A stretch of 64,000 bases of DNA from Ptychomitrium polyphyllum (Eukaryota), in the NCBI GenBank assembly GCA_973851085.1, contig OZ316775.1, forward strand, positions 16,182,001 to 16,246,000, read 5' to 3'. The notes beneath the pieces were generated by a model. The model saw only the letters and a program-made list of their open reading frames with translations, did no database searches and was not told where the DNA came from. Position numbers and translations under genes: made by a program. Of this stretch, positions 24,114 through 37,454 are shown in pieces. How positions within the stretch are numbered: the first letter of the stretch is position 1; the number at the start of each line of letters is the position of its first letter.

Positions 24114-25605
24114 CAAATCTAGACAGCTACCATACATCTAGATTTACAAATAAAATCAAAGGTCATAAAGGCAAGCCTCTTGCAAACCAACTTTTGAGGT
24201 AGTGTTTTTCCCTTACTATGAAAGCCAAAGTTCAAGAGCAAACTATGGTCCTCATACCAGTTCTTGGCTCCATCATCCATCTTGAAGTGCAAAAATTCAA
24301 TTCATTTGAGTAGTACATTTTAACCATTTCCTCCTACCCGAACTACACATACACAAAATTTAAATAACATGAAAGTGAAATTGTTTCAAAGTAAAAGAAC
24401 ATGGATCAACTGCAAGCATCCATACTACATCTACATTATATTTGCAAGCATGACACTAAAAAGGATGTATTTATTTGTGCTCCAAGTTTCAACTTCAATA
24501 AATTAATATGCGTGTCAGGCGCAAATTTTCTTGCCTATTCCATTGAATCACCATGACCTTTCAAAGTTTCTATGTTTACATGTTTGGAATTTTAATCTTA
24601 ATGAAATCCAAAACCTAATTAGTTTTTGGAGTGGTTTCTTTTCCATCCAACATGTGGCAATATTTTGTAAGGATTCAATATTGCTATAATACATGGCTTA
24701 AGATATAATTAATATATATTACTATCTATTTTGTAGCTTTGACTTCCACAACCTAAATAACTCTTCATTTGATCCTTTATATATATTAAAGGTAGAAATT
24801 TTTCAATGCCATTGCACTTGCCTTACTTTACAACCTACATTTTTAGCTTAATGAATGCCAAGTGACAAGCAAAAATGAATACCAACTTACATTGTTGCAT
24901 GCATTTGCAAATGTGCATAAAAAAGAATAAAAGTTGAATGTGGTCCCCTCTTTGCAATAACCTTTATAATATAATGCTTGATTTTGAATTCTTAGGAATG
25001 GATTTTATATGCACAAATGTGATGTTGACTAAGTTCTACCTAGTTCAAAGGTGCCTAGGGCTGCAAATCCTCCACCATTTGCAGTTTACAAAGACTTGAA
25101 GAGCCATGTAACATAAGTTGGACCAACAACGTCTTATACCAAACTTTTGAAGTTAGCACCGATCTGCCATATCTTCAAACGCCGTCAATCTCTCCCTATG
25201 GTTTTTGGACCTAATCCATATCTAAGAGTGAAGACTTAGATCAGAAAAACAGATAATTTATTGTGTAAATGTACCACATTCTTTTCGAGTTTTCAACGTT
25301 GAAGCGTGAGATTCTAAAAGACCGCAAAAAGATGGAACTCAAAGATCATTTCTTCGGGATGCACACGATTACATCACCTTGAATATAACCACACAAGATT
25401 CAACTCCAGCGTCACACCATGCTTCCCAAGGATATGCAGAGCAAAAGCCCACAGCAAATGCAACGAAAGGACTATCAAGTTTCATTTGAGAAAGTGAGTT
25501 GCTTTACTTATAATAGGCTCAGAATATACAGAAATGTGCAACGCACATTCAGCACTCGTCCTCCCTATCTTACAAAACATGCAGTACCGTGATCAAAATC
25601 AGAGC

Positions 25606-26755
25606 TTAGTTTCCGGGGGTGAAGTTGGTGGCGTAAGCCCAGGCGTTGTTTGCAACGGGGTCGGCCAAGTGGTCGTTCAAGTTCTCCAAGGGACCCTTGC
25701 CGGTCACGATGGCCTGCACGAAGAATCCGAACATCGAGAACATGGCCAATCGCCCGTTCTTAATCTCCTTCACCTTCAACTCCGCGAATGTGTCGGGGTC
25801 GTCGGCCAAGCCCAAGGGGTCGAATGACCCTCCGGGATAGATGGGGTCCGTAACGTCGCCCAAAGGTCCACCTGCAACGCGGTAGCCCTCGACAGCTCCC
25901 ATCAGGATCACCTGGCAGGCCCAGATGGCCAGGATGCTCTGAGCGTGCACGAGGCTGGGGTTGCCCAAGTAGTCAAGCCCACCCTCGCTGAAGATCTGAG
26001 CTCCGGCCTTGAACCACACGGCCTCGCCGAACTTCACACCGCTCTTAGCCAAGAGCTCTGGAGTCAAACAACCCAAAGCACCGAGCATGGCCCAGCGGGC
26101 ATGGATGACCTCGAGCTCCCTGTTGCGGGCAAAGGTCTCAGGGTCGGAGGAGAGCCCGGCGGTGTCCCATCCGTAGTCACCAGCGAACTCACCGTTCAGG
26201 TAAGAAGGGGTGTTCTCTGAGAAGGGGCCCAAGAACTTGGGTCGGTCAGCACCGTACCTGCACAATGCAAAACGGGATTTCATTCCAACTGTCCAAACTT
26301 ATACGCAGTAACAAGCATACTACACTAGCCGTTCACCTAACATACACCACATAGCCTTTACACATCAGACCCTGCAGCAACACCACTCAACTACTCCAGT
26401 AGCACTAAGTAAACCAACCACACTGGCTAGTGGCCAAGCACCAAACTAGTCACTCAAATGCAAAGCGAACGCGGAAAACTAGAGAGACAATCACCAGCAT
26501 TGACATACACAATACCCGAAAAACAGAGCTTCAGCTGCAGAATCCACCAATGTAGCAGGACCACAGTCTGAGAAATGAGAAAGATTAAGAGATGGATACG
26601 TACCAGATGCTGTCGCTTCCAGAGGACTTGCTGGCGGTCCTGCGCATGGTGACGCGGGCGCTAACATTGCCAACCTTGCGGGCGAGCTCGTTGACGGGCT
26701 TGAGCAGAGACTGCCCAGCCAAGGAGGTAGAGTGCATGGCGGTGGCGGCGGCCAT
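25606..26755 (-). CDS. LHCBM: Major LHCII chlorophyll a/b-binding protein, copy 2 (2 exons)
   Basis: Exon 1 is 26755-26604 ([15 protein letters not shown]...[18 protein letters not shown]). Exon 2 is 26257-25606, with all LHCII motifs. Same intron position as copy 1. Confidence 0.96.
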
Positions 26756-26943
26756 GGCTGCAGCTAGAGAGAGGTTGCTCGACGGATTGTTGCACTACAG
26801 AACTAGATACAGTTGTATGATCAAATGCGATGCAAGTTGAGAATGCTATACAAGTGCACACGAGGGGACTTATATCGACGATGTGAGGGGCCGCGGCACC
26901 AGCGAACGGAGATGTGGGGGACAAGTGGAGCGCAAAGGCAGCG

Positions 26944-26973
26944 ATTGGATAAGGCCCCCTGCGCTGCGATTGG
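26944..26973 (-). promoter_or_regulatory. I-box (GATAAG) with CCAAT boxes upstream of LHCII copy 2
   Basis: attggataagg at 26944-26954 and a second attgg about 20 nt away. A related attggatgagg lies upstream of copy 1 (8750-8760). Such motifs are typical of light-regulated CAB promoters. Confidence 0.55.
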
Positions 26974-29250
26974 CCCGGCATTCTGTGAAGTGGGGCCTTC
27001 TGCATGGCACGGTCGCTGGTGACCGTGGAAATGCGCGGCCCTGGGTGCGTCCTTACTTCGCCAGAAGAAATATCAGGCTTTCCGTCGGAGTCCACTACAA
27101 TAGGGGTACCACGAGATTACTACTCGCGCTAGGAATGGTGGTTGCAGATTTCGGCCAATGGAACCGCTTCCCCGTTCATAACTCACAGTGATACAAGTGC
27201 CGAAGGAAAGGCGCCTATGGAACTATTACGCCCCATCGTGAATGAAGTTCGTTTCGGATGGTTTGTCGTCCATTTTGGCTGTTTGGGGAACTGGGGGTGT
27301 TGTGAGCCATCGGTTTCTCTGAACGAAGTTGCGAGGAAGCATGCAGATGGGGTCCTGATTTTTGGGTCAATTGATCATGGAGCCAGAGGATTCTGGAAAC
27401 TGGGAAAGTCTACCCATTTGAAAAACAGGATCCAAGGATGGGAGAATCCTATGTGATCCTCTTGTCTCCTCTTTCACTCACGAGCAGATGCCACATCTAT
27501 TGCATGAATTCTTAAAGTTTTATACCATTTCTCATGGATGATTTGAAAGGTAATCCGTGGACTTATTTGAGAATGTTATGGTCATTGAAGGAGTTTAACA
27601 TGGTTTGCAAGCAAAACACGTTTATTTGAAAATGCTACAACAAAAAAAAGTCTTAAAACTCATTATGCGTTCTTTAAATAAATTATTCCCAGATTTATTA
27701 TGTAAATGCATTGATATGTACAAAACTAATTCAACCTCTATTAAATTATAGTAAGATACATTTAAAATTTTACAAATTTAAAGAATTTGTTAAAAGAATG
27801 CAATTTATAGCTTAAACTAGTTGAAGAACATGTAGGTGAAATTTAAAGGTACAAATAGATATGTCTATTTGATAGTACATGTATTCTTCAACACCTAAAT
27901 ATCTTTAATAATTTTGCTTAAGATTTATTAATGACAAAGTTATAAAAAAAAAAAATTATTTTTTTAAAGACAAATAAGTTGGTAATGCATGTCTTGTTCC
28001 AATCCACATTCATATTGTCTTTATTGTTATTATATATATATACACCAATATAAATAATTCATGACATTGTATCATCAAATAATATTGAGTACTATGCATT
28101 TTTCTACAAGTAACTTGTAACATCATATGGTTACAAGCATCTTCTTGGTTAACTTTTCTTACATCTTTGTACCATATTTTTTAGATAAAATTAATAAGAT
28201 TTTTTTTAATCTAAATTTTTTTAGTGATATGTAGAATGCAACTAACTTCCAAATAGACAAAGAATGCATCCAAAAAAATTAGTATTATTTTGAATACTAC
28301 TATTAATATTTAAATTACTACATTGAAATGGATGTATCAATATATATTTTATAATAATTTATATTTCATATTAATTTTTAAACATTGAATTAAATGTAAA
28401 TTAAGTTGGCTTTTATTGATTTTACACATTAGGAAAATAATATTGTTATAGAAAGATAATTATTATCATAAAAAATTGGAATATGAATATAAGACAAAAA
28501 AATTTAATGGCAAGGTCTTCAATTATCTTTTAATTTAACACTTAATCATGTTATGTATATAAAGCCCATATTATGATTCTTTGGTTACTTTGGAAAAAAT
28601 TATATTATTTTAGAAATTCCGAAGTTTTTTGGAAATGATTTTAAAAATTCAAAATCTTTATTAAAGAATCTTTCATAAATTCTTTATAGCTTAAAAATAT
28701 TAAATTAAAAATAATGCATTTAATTTCCATTTTAATAATCATATTTAAACCTAATGTACAAATTGCAATATTAAGATATCAACATTATTTAATACTTAAT
28801 AAAAATTTAATTTTACTTTTTCATCAAATCATTCAGTGATAATTTTAGACATTTCAAATGAATTGAGATTTTTGCATAGATGCATCTAAAATATTGCTAA
28901 TAACTTAAATTTTTTTAACAATTACACAATTATAATGTTTCATTCTATTAAAAGAATAAAATTTTAATTGTTGTACATCAAGTTATTGATTCATTACATC
29001 TGCATAATCATATTCAATAATAAATATAAGTGTCACTTTTTAAAATGAGTAGAAAATCAATTTCTCATTATTAAAAAAATAAGGATGTAAAATCGTATTT
29101 CTAATGTAAATAAAAAAAAATCGTTATTAAAGATTTGTTTATAAATTCTAAGTGAATTTGTTTGATATGTTTAAATGATTTATATTGATTTATTTACACC
29201 ATTGAATATACCATATGCATTTTATATATTGAAATATTGAATCAAATATC

Positions 29251-29430
29251 TATTAGAGATATAAGAAACAAGAATAAAATATGAAGTGGTTCCTAAGAAT
29301 TAGCACATAAGGAACTAATAATGAACAAGAATTGATACAAAAATTAAAACAAGGGATTGCTACAAATATGATCCACAATTTGTGTTGGCAAAATTAAGGT
29401 GTATGTTGTCTTATCTTATTGCATAGTACA
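29251..29430 (-). repeat. Decayed LTR fragment related to the 11454-12054 LTR
   Basis: atgatccacaatttgtgttggcaaaattaagg matches LTR atgatccacaacttgtgttggcaagactaagg; upstream aagaattagc..gaactaat is collinear. Confidence 0.75.
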
Positions 29431-30994
29431 AATTTAGAAAAATCTTTGGTAGTTTATATTTAAAATGAAGCAATTGAGTTCAAATTTAAATTGGATTATG
29501 AAGTAACTATTAATTATTTGACAAAAGAAGTCTTTACAATTTTTGATGCAATTGTTCTTACCATCTCTATTTATTTCATGATTGCATGCATTCTTTGTAA
29601 GTATTGAGTGCACGGCAAATTAAACTAGTGCTATTAGCAAGAAGTGTGTAGTTGTTTAAATTTGCTTTGCTTTTTGGATAATGAAGTTTTGTACAATCTA
29701 GAAGTTTCAATGAATTGTTGAAATTCTCTACAAAAAAATACATGTGAATATTTTTCAAATCAATTCATGCAAGTTACATGATGCATAATTTTTGTAGCAA
29801 TCAACAGCGGTTTGCAATCAAGCCTTTGACTTATAATGTGTTAACAAGCTGCTAAAGTCTACCTTCTATGTTTGATACTAAAATATTAATTATTGCCGCA
29901 TACTTATTTTTATTTGAATGTATCTATTAAAATTAATTAATCTTATGACAGAGTTAATATTGATTATTAACATTCATGTTGTTAATTTGGATGTATACAA
30001 ATAACAATAAATGGGAATTTTAAAATATAGATTAAAAATTTAAAAATTTAAAAATTGATTATATTCATGTTAAAGCGCTTAATTTTGTAATACTACAGAA
30101 CACAAATGATGTTCTTATCCATTTTGTTCCATTACATTGCAAGGAGCTCTATTTTAGTAATTTTAAATTATAAAACATTCTTAAATTGGTACAATGCATT
30201 TGTATCTAAGGCAATAAAGAAGCATGATTTTGCATAATACTATTATAAACATCAAATAAATTAAAAAATCCAATTATTAAATGTACATATAATCATGTCA
30301 CAACTCATAATGAACAACATCATGACAAATTTTCCATGAAATATTTCAATTAATATAATAAAAATATCAAAATGAAATCCTCTCCAAATTTGTCATTTTC
30401 AAATAAATCAACTTTAGATTTTATTGTAAATTAGATTTTATTGCAGATATAAAGTAAAAAAGAAGTACACATGGTTTGTAGAAAAGTATATGTGGTTCAT
30501 AGTGAACAAAGGAGAACGAGAGAGTGACTAAAGCAACTACAATCATTACCTAACCCACCAGCCTAAGCTTAAAAAAAAATTAAAAGAGTTTCTTAGTGGC
30601 GGAATTCGGTTCCCCTCGTAAACCCTTTTCACACGATGACTCCGGAGCAAACGAAAGCAGTGGCAAGTGCCAGATGGCAACGCGAGAGAAGACCTCGTTC
30701 CCATTGCAAACCCTCGGAGAAAACACAAGGAACCAGTCACCGCACAAGCAATGCCTCTGCAATGTTGGATTCCTACACACAGGAATCGTCACCCACCTCG
30801 CATCCAACTTTGTATGAAGAATGCGATCACGTCATGCGTGATTAGCATTGCCATTGTGCAGAGGCCCAGAACTGGATGATGGTGAGAGCGGCGCAGTTTG
30901 CATCTTTTTTCTTTTGGGAGTTGACATCTTGGCAGTGAGTTTTCTGCTCACTTTGCCCTAATTCAGGTTTACGAAGGTGGTGGTGGTGACAACC

Positions 30995-33900
30995 ATGAGG
31001 AGCGCTCTCCACAGCTTCGTCAGAGCCAGCAAGCTCCGCCGCGCTTCCCAAGACAGCCACAGATGCCTACAAACAACTTCGTTCTCGTCCCAGGTGCGTT
31101 GTTTCTTTTGGAGGATTCATGTGCCCTTGCAAGGTTGGAGTTATTCACTTCTTGAGGCAGGGGGTTGGAACCATTTCCAGGTGGAAGTTTGGGATGCTGT
31201 TGGGTTGTGGTTGAGGCGGGATGACCACGTGGTAATGTGGAGGGGAGATATTCAGGATGTTGGTTGTGGGGGTTTGTTGCGTGCAGGGGAATGCGGGGAA
31301 GCGTGACGGTGGAGATGAATATGATGTGGTTATTGTTGGTGGGGGGATGGTTGGTGCAGCAGTTGGATGCGGCATTGGTATGTGTTCCGTCTCTGTTGAG
31401 AGCTTATGAGTCATGCGGATTGATTTTTATGAGATTCTGCGAAGCGTCTTATTAGGGTTTGGGTGCGCGAAGACGAAATTTTCGGTTCCTTTCTGTGTGT
31501 TTTGGCGGATGATGGTGTTATCCTGCCGTGAGACTGATGTGGATGTGGGTACAGGTAGTTCGCCATTGTCGAAAGATTTGCGGGTGGCCATTGTTGACAG
31601 TTCCAAATCGATGGCTTCACCAAAGTATGACAAGAAGGCTGTTCCAGATCAGCGTGTCAGTGCCATTACTCCTGCTACAGTTCGTTTCTTGAAAGGTTAT
31701 CTTTCACCTTCTCTTTCTTGATTGAAGTTTAGGTTTAGAGTTTTCAGATGTTAAGGACTCACTGAAATCTTTTTAGGTTTTGTAGATTTCGTGATTGTAC
31801 ACTCTGTGAAGCCAGGTCATGGCGCTCAAAGAAAAATTAACTCGTGTGGATTACATTTTTTTAGGTGATTGCTGATCATGTAATCCGTGGAATCTCTTCT
31901 CCTAACTACCTTTTAGAATGTCCAGGAAATGTGTGAGTAATCAAGTAGTTAGGTGCTCCATGGGGTTTAACAAAGTTTCTAGCGTGAATTGGGTGACTAG
32001 TACCTGCTCTGTTATTCCCTCATCTAATCCTGTGTAAGGTTTGATTTACTGAAGCTTGGAGTATATAATTTAAAGCCTCTTTGTAGAAATTGCTGTGCAG
32101 AAGTTGGGGCTTGGGAAAGAGTTTTAGCCGCAAATCCTACACCATTTGAATCAATGCAGGTTAACACTGCTGTTTACACAAATTTCTGACAGTTTAGTTC
32201 ACATTATTGGATCCCTTTACCTGCACTCTTGATTGGATTTCGGTAGTCCAGATCCTCCTCTTCGTTTCTGAATAGTTCGTTTCTGGTTTTTCAGGTGTGG
32301 GACTACGAGGGACTTGGCTATATCCGTTATACTGCTGATGACGTGGGGGTAACTGTGCTGGGGTAAGTGCATTTATGTTCTGTTTTATATCACTCATGAA
32401 TTTCTTAGCAATTTTTCTTTAGGCAGAACAATGCTTGTAACAAACTTTATTTACTTTTAATATTGTACAAGCTATTTCATTTTTGCTGTCAATCACGGTC
32501 AACAAAGTTTGTGAGGTTGGGGAGAATTTTGAAAATGTTTTATAACTCTAGCTGAAATAAGACCTTTGATATCGGTAGATGGCACGCAAGCACATGACCA
32601 AAACTCCTACCTTAGTCAGCTTTCAGGTACTTCATAATGTTGCCGAGGAACTACAGTAGTTCATATAATGTTTAGCTTTTAAGTGTATGTGGCTCTTCTG
32701 ACAATAGTGGTCGTATATCCTACATTCGTATTACAGGTATGTGGTGGAGAATAAAGTGCTAGTTGGTGCCCTACGCTCCCGTCTGCAGGTCAGCTCTTCT
32801 ATCCGAGGCTGCGTGTTTGTTGCTGTATCTAAATCGGCTCACATTTTTCAGCAAAGAATTTGATAGGCTGGGGCTGCAGGATACAGGGTCTACAGATTTT
32901 ATCTGTCCGGCACAAGTTAAGTCGGTCCTTTTCCCATCTCCAAGTGGTTCAGACTGCGACGCACGACAGGACTTGGCTGAAGTTGGGCTTGGTGATGGCA
33001 GGCGCCTACGAACACGCCTTGTGGTAAAAATATGATGGTGCTTGGTTTGATTTTAACCCTAAAGTGTAAGCGTGTTTAATGTTTTAACAAATAATTGGAT
33101 TGATTGTAAAGTATTTGTTTGAAGGCTTTGAGACTCTTGACAAAAATATTATGTCGTCTATATTTTCTGAATTGTAACTTCGAGGGGAAACTGTATCTAA
33201 TTATCTCAACCCTCAATTGGAATGGGCAGGTCGGAGCAGACGGTGGTAAGTCAGCCGTAAGAGCAATGGCAGGCTTCCAGACAAGAGGATGGGAGTATCA
33301 GCAAACAGCTGTGATCTGCACAGTAAAAGTAGATTCTAGACACACCACCGCATGGCAAAGATTTTTGCCAACCGGTCCATTTGCACTCCTGCCTATGAAC
33401 AACACCTACAGCAACATAGTGTGGACGACCACTCCTGAAACAGCCAATGCTCTGAAGGCCATGTCGAACGAGCACTTCGTGGCAGCAGCAAACAAAGCAT
33501 TGATTGAAGACTTTGGTCCAAAACCAGGATCAAAGATTGCAGAGGTGATAGGGAATGTGGTAGCTGCTACACCGCTTCTTGGAGCCATTGGACCGTCAGT
33601 GGCAGAGCAGTTCCAAGAACCCCCACGAATTGTAGAGTGTGTGACGGAGCGTCTTTCCTTTCCGTTGTGTTTAATGCATGCTAGCATGTACGTTGGCCAT
33701 CGTGTTGCTCTCGTTGGTGATGCTGCACATACAGTTCACCCGCTTGCCGGACAGGGAGTTAATTTAGGGTTTGGAGATGCTGCGTCACTCTCAAGAGTAG
33801 TGCAGAGAGGAGTATCTATCGGCCATGATATTGGACAGGTACGTTATCATACAAGTTGTTTTTGTACTAGTAGAAATGATATCTAATTAACTTCCTGATT

Positions 33901-34155
33901 CTTGTCATCTAATTTGTTATCTAAAGACTTTTCTTGACACCAATTTATGCATTGCAGGCAGACTTATTGGAAGAATACGAGCAAGAGCGGAAGAGGACAA
34001 ATATGGCCATGATGGCCATCTTGGATGGGTTCCAGAAGATTTATGCAAACGATTTAGGACCTCTGAACCTAGCTCGTTCTGCAGGTTTTAACGCAGTGCA
34101 TTTGCTGGGTCCACTGAAAAAGCAAATAATTTCTTATGCCATGGGCGTTCTTTGA
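30995..34155 (+). CDS. COQ6: Ubiquinone biosynthesis FAD monooxygenase, COQ6/UbiH family (multi-exon, putative mitochondrial presequence)
   Basis: Motifs YDVVIVGGGMVG, DQRVSAITP, YVVEN, VGADG, AWQRFLPTGP and LVGDAAHTVHPLAGQGVNLGFGD. Arg/Ser-rich N-terminus from ATG 30995; stop at 34153-34155. Confidence 0.93.
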
Positions 34156-34749
34156 CATGGAAAAGAGTTGATAGCGGAAGAGCTGTTTTGTATAAACATC
34201 TTGTGAGAGGTACAGTACGTAAAGCGTGCATGTAGTAGATGGACATTTGTGGAGGATTCTTGCACAATGCGAGCAAGATTAGTGTAAACAGTAGATCGCA
34301 AAGGAAGTTGTAGAACACTCTTTAAGCTTTCACATTGCTGACTCGCGTCTGCACTATAGATTCAGCGACCGTATCAATGTAGATATGGGGCCACTTAAAA
34401 TATTGGGCGATTTCGTCGACGATTATGATCCTCTACATTAGCGACGCAGAAAAGAACTGCGGTATCCAGATTCGTGAAACATTAATTATTTAATCTTCAA
34501 TGTTCGAAACCCTCAAGTTAAAGATTTATCCAGTAATTCAGAAAGCAGTTACTTTTATTTAGGCAAACTTGTACTGAACAGTAACTCATATTGCTAATTC
34601 TCACTTCTGTTTTTTTTCCCTATTCTTAGAAAGAAATAAAAGGAAAACCATGACGCTGGACGTACAGCAATATTCTCTGTTTCTCATCAAAAAACTTCTC
34701 AGTAGAACCGATTTTTTCCCTCGTTTGTGCTAAAATTACAACTCTGAAC

Positions 34750-36753
34750 TCAAGGAATAATTCCTGGTGCTACGTTAGAGGGCGGATAATTTACCATACT
34801 TTCACACTCCCGTTTGATGCTGTCGAAGAGCGCCGTTGTGAGATATCGCTCTGCTCCACTTGGAAGCAACACCACTATGAGTTTTCCTGCATTCGCCGGC
34901 TCCTTCGCAATCTGCCCACAAAGAGAACCGTAAATTGGCAGGCATACCAGGTTCAGCTGGTTACATAAAGCTATGAAATTTGGCGTAACAAAATTCCAAA
35001 AAGAGTTTTGGTATCAAAAAGCTCACCCTGACAGCAGCAGCGAAGGCAGCACCCGAAGACATACCAACAAGGAGACCGTCTTCGGCGTGAAGCCTTCGTG
35101 CCATCTCAAGTGCTGTATCACTTTGGACTGCTACCACTCGATCGAAACTAGTCACGTCCAGAGTGTCGGGAACAAATCCAGCTCCAATGCCTTGTATTTT
35201 GTGCGGACCTGGCTTCCCTCCTGGCACATGTATCGCTATGGAGCTTTAAAACAAAAACATCAAAGAAGTGCTTACCAGTTTAAAAAGGCGGTGAGCATAT
35301 TCACATGGTGCAGGATCTAGAGCATACACATGTTTAAAACTCTGAATACAAGGGCTTCAAAAGTGGAAGAGGACCTGAAAGAATTGCACTTTCAGCTGGC
35401 TCTACTGCCACAACTTGGACATTTGGATTCTTGCTCTTGAGGTAGCGACTAGTGCCGGTGATGGTTCCCCCCGTCCCGACTCCTGAGATGAAAATGTCTA
35501 CCTTCCCGCCGGTTGCCTTCCATATCTCCGGCCCTGGAATCAATGTGTAGGAATGAGACAACAGCTACTGAATCGTCCTCTTCGATATCAGTTAATAATC
35601 AAGTCCACAGCTAGGTCCCGCAACAGCAACCACATTGCATGTCATCTTTGGTGGATGGCAAGCTCACCAGTTGTGCGAAAGTGAGTTTCGGGATTCACTG
35701 GATTCTTAAATTGGCAAAGCATGTGTGAGTTTGGTGTTTTCGCAAGCAGCTCATCTGTGACCCTCAAAATTTCATCAAATCCTTTACTGTAGTCTGTCAA
35801 AAGAACCACGAAGTGCACACATGGTTAGGTTGAGGTAAAAATTTCATCAGCTACAAGCACGCACTACAAGAAAAAACTTTGCATTACAAAAATTTCAAGA
35901 AGCATCTACTGACCTGTTAAAACAACCTCGGCGTCCAAAGCACGCAGGAGCATTCGGCGTTCAAGGGAATAACTGCTGGGCATGACAAGGATGACCTTGT
36001 AGCCTCGCTTCCGTCCCACCAGGGCCAAAGCTACGCCCGTGTTGCCGCTCGTCGGCTCAATCAACACGGTCTTGCCGGGAGTAATGAGACCTTTCTCCTC
36101 CGCATCCAATACCATCCTACAATATGGCCGGGCAAACATTCCAGCCAAAAGTTGTCCATTATACTTTGCCCTAGGTTTTCATTCACGATTTGCAGAGCAT
36201 GAACCTCAGTATGACACTCCCGTGAGCTTCTTACCCAAGTCCTATGCGATCTTTCACAGACCCCCCTGGCTGAAGATGCTCCAATTTCGCCACCACTCTC
36301 GCGACCACGCCTTCAGCCTTGGAAACGTTCGGCACGTCCACCAGAGGAGTCCCGCCTATGAGCTGCAAAACCCATCTTTCACCAATGCCGCTTCAATCAA
36401 TCGAACCTCGCACTCGCATACTTAGAAAAACTCATCCAAGAAAAGTCTCGACTTCTATACAACAAGTTAATCGCTTTGCATAAACTCACAGAAACACAAA
36501 GTTCTAGGTAAAACCGACATGCTAGTGAGGTATCAACATTTCAGTCAAACCTCACCGCGCCTAGAAAACTTTATCCTAGAAAACCTCGGTCTCGTCCACC
36601 TGCAGGCTATCCATTTCTCCTGCAGACGCACTACAACGAAATTACCTCGTCGATGCTACCATAAATAATCTCCTTCAACGGCGTCTCTTCGCTCAGCCAC
36701 GCCTGATCCAAGCTCAAGGTCTGCGGCTCCGCAAGAGCTGCTACTGGAGCCAT
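34750..36753 (-). CDS. Cysteine synthase / O-acetylserine(thiol)lyase family protein (multi-exon)
   Basis: IGGTPLV, PLP-lysine motif [40 protein letters not shown] and PSGAERYLT. Start MAPVAAL at 36753; TGA at 34750-34752. Confidence 0.92.
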
Positions 36754-37342
36754 GACTTCAGCAACGTCGACAGTACTCCACAACTAGCTAGCTTGACCCA
36801 AATTCTCTACGGGATGGCAAACCTCAAACTCTGAATCCGTATACCGCACACCGCCGCTTACATAGTACAACACATCGTCAGATCGGCGAAATCACGTCAG
36901 CTGTACCGATTGAGCGAAACAGTAACTCCACTCCATACTCAGAAGCTCACTGCAGTTGACGAACCCAACAGTCCACTGACCTCAAAGTCAAGACCGTCAC
37001 AGGCGCTTTAATCGGGACGAGATGGCGCAAAATCAACGGACGTGAGTCCATGCGCCGGGCTTCACGAGCGGTGCACATGCTTCCCATCTCAGTACGTGCC
37101 GCGTGAACCCCGCTGAATACCCAAAATCGTCACTACACCTAAGGCCGCACCACCTATCTGAGGGCTTGCGCTACTATCTGAGGGCTTGCGCTGGATAGTG
37201 GCAACTCTTGGTACGGTAACGGTTTTGGATGTACATTTGTGATATTTACTCATCCATTCCCAATCCACTTGGCCTTGTCCTCCACGGCATACTGAGGACG
37301 ATTGACGTGGCAATCCGCTCACATATTTGTCTGCAACTTGTT

Positions 37343-37454
37343 TGGTTCAGGGATGGGCTGGGCAGGTTGGATCGGGGATGGGCTGGGCAGTTTGGATCGG
37401 GGATGGGCTGGGCAGGTTGGTTCGGGGATGGGCTGGGCTGGGCAGTTTGGATCG
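37343..37454 (+). repeat. ~25-bp G-rich tandem repeat, about 4 copies
   Basis: Unit gggatgggctgggcag(g/t)ttgg(a/t)tcg, repeated. Confidence 0.9.

Noticed and set aside
27600..30500. Very AT-rich 3-kb tract
   Set aside because: Ordinary decayed intergenic/TE DNA; only a short LTR fragment is recognisable.
34750..36753. Idea that the cysteine synthase-like gene is catalytically dead
   Set aside because: The PLP lysine, TSGN loop, GTGGT and HKIQG motifs are all intact.
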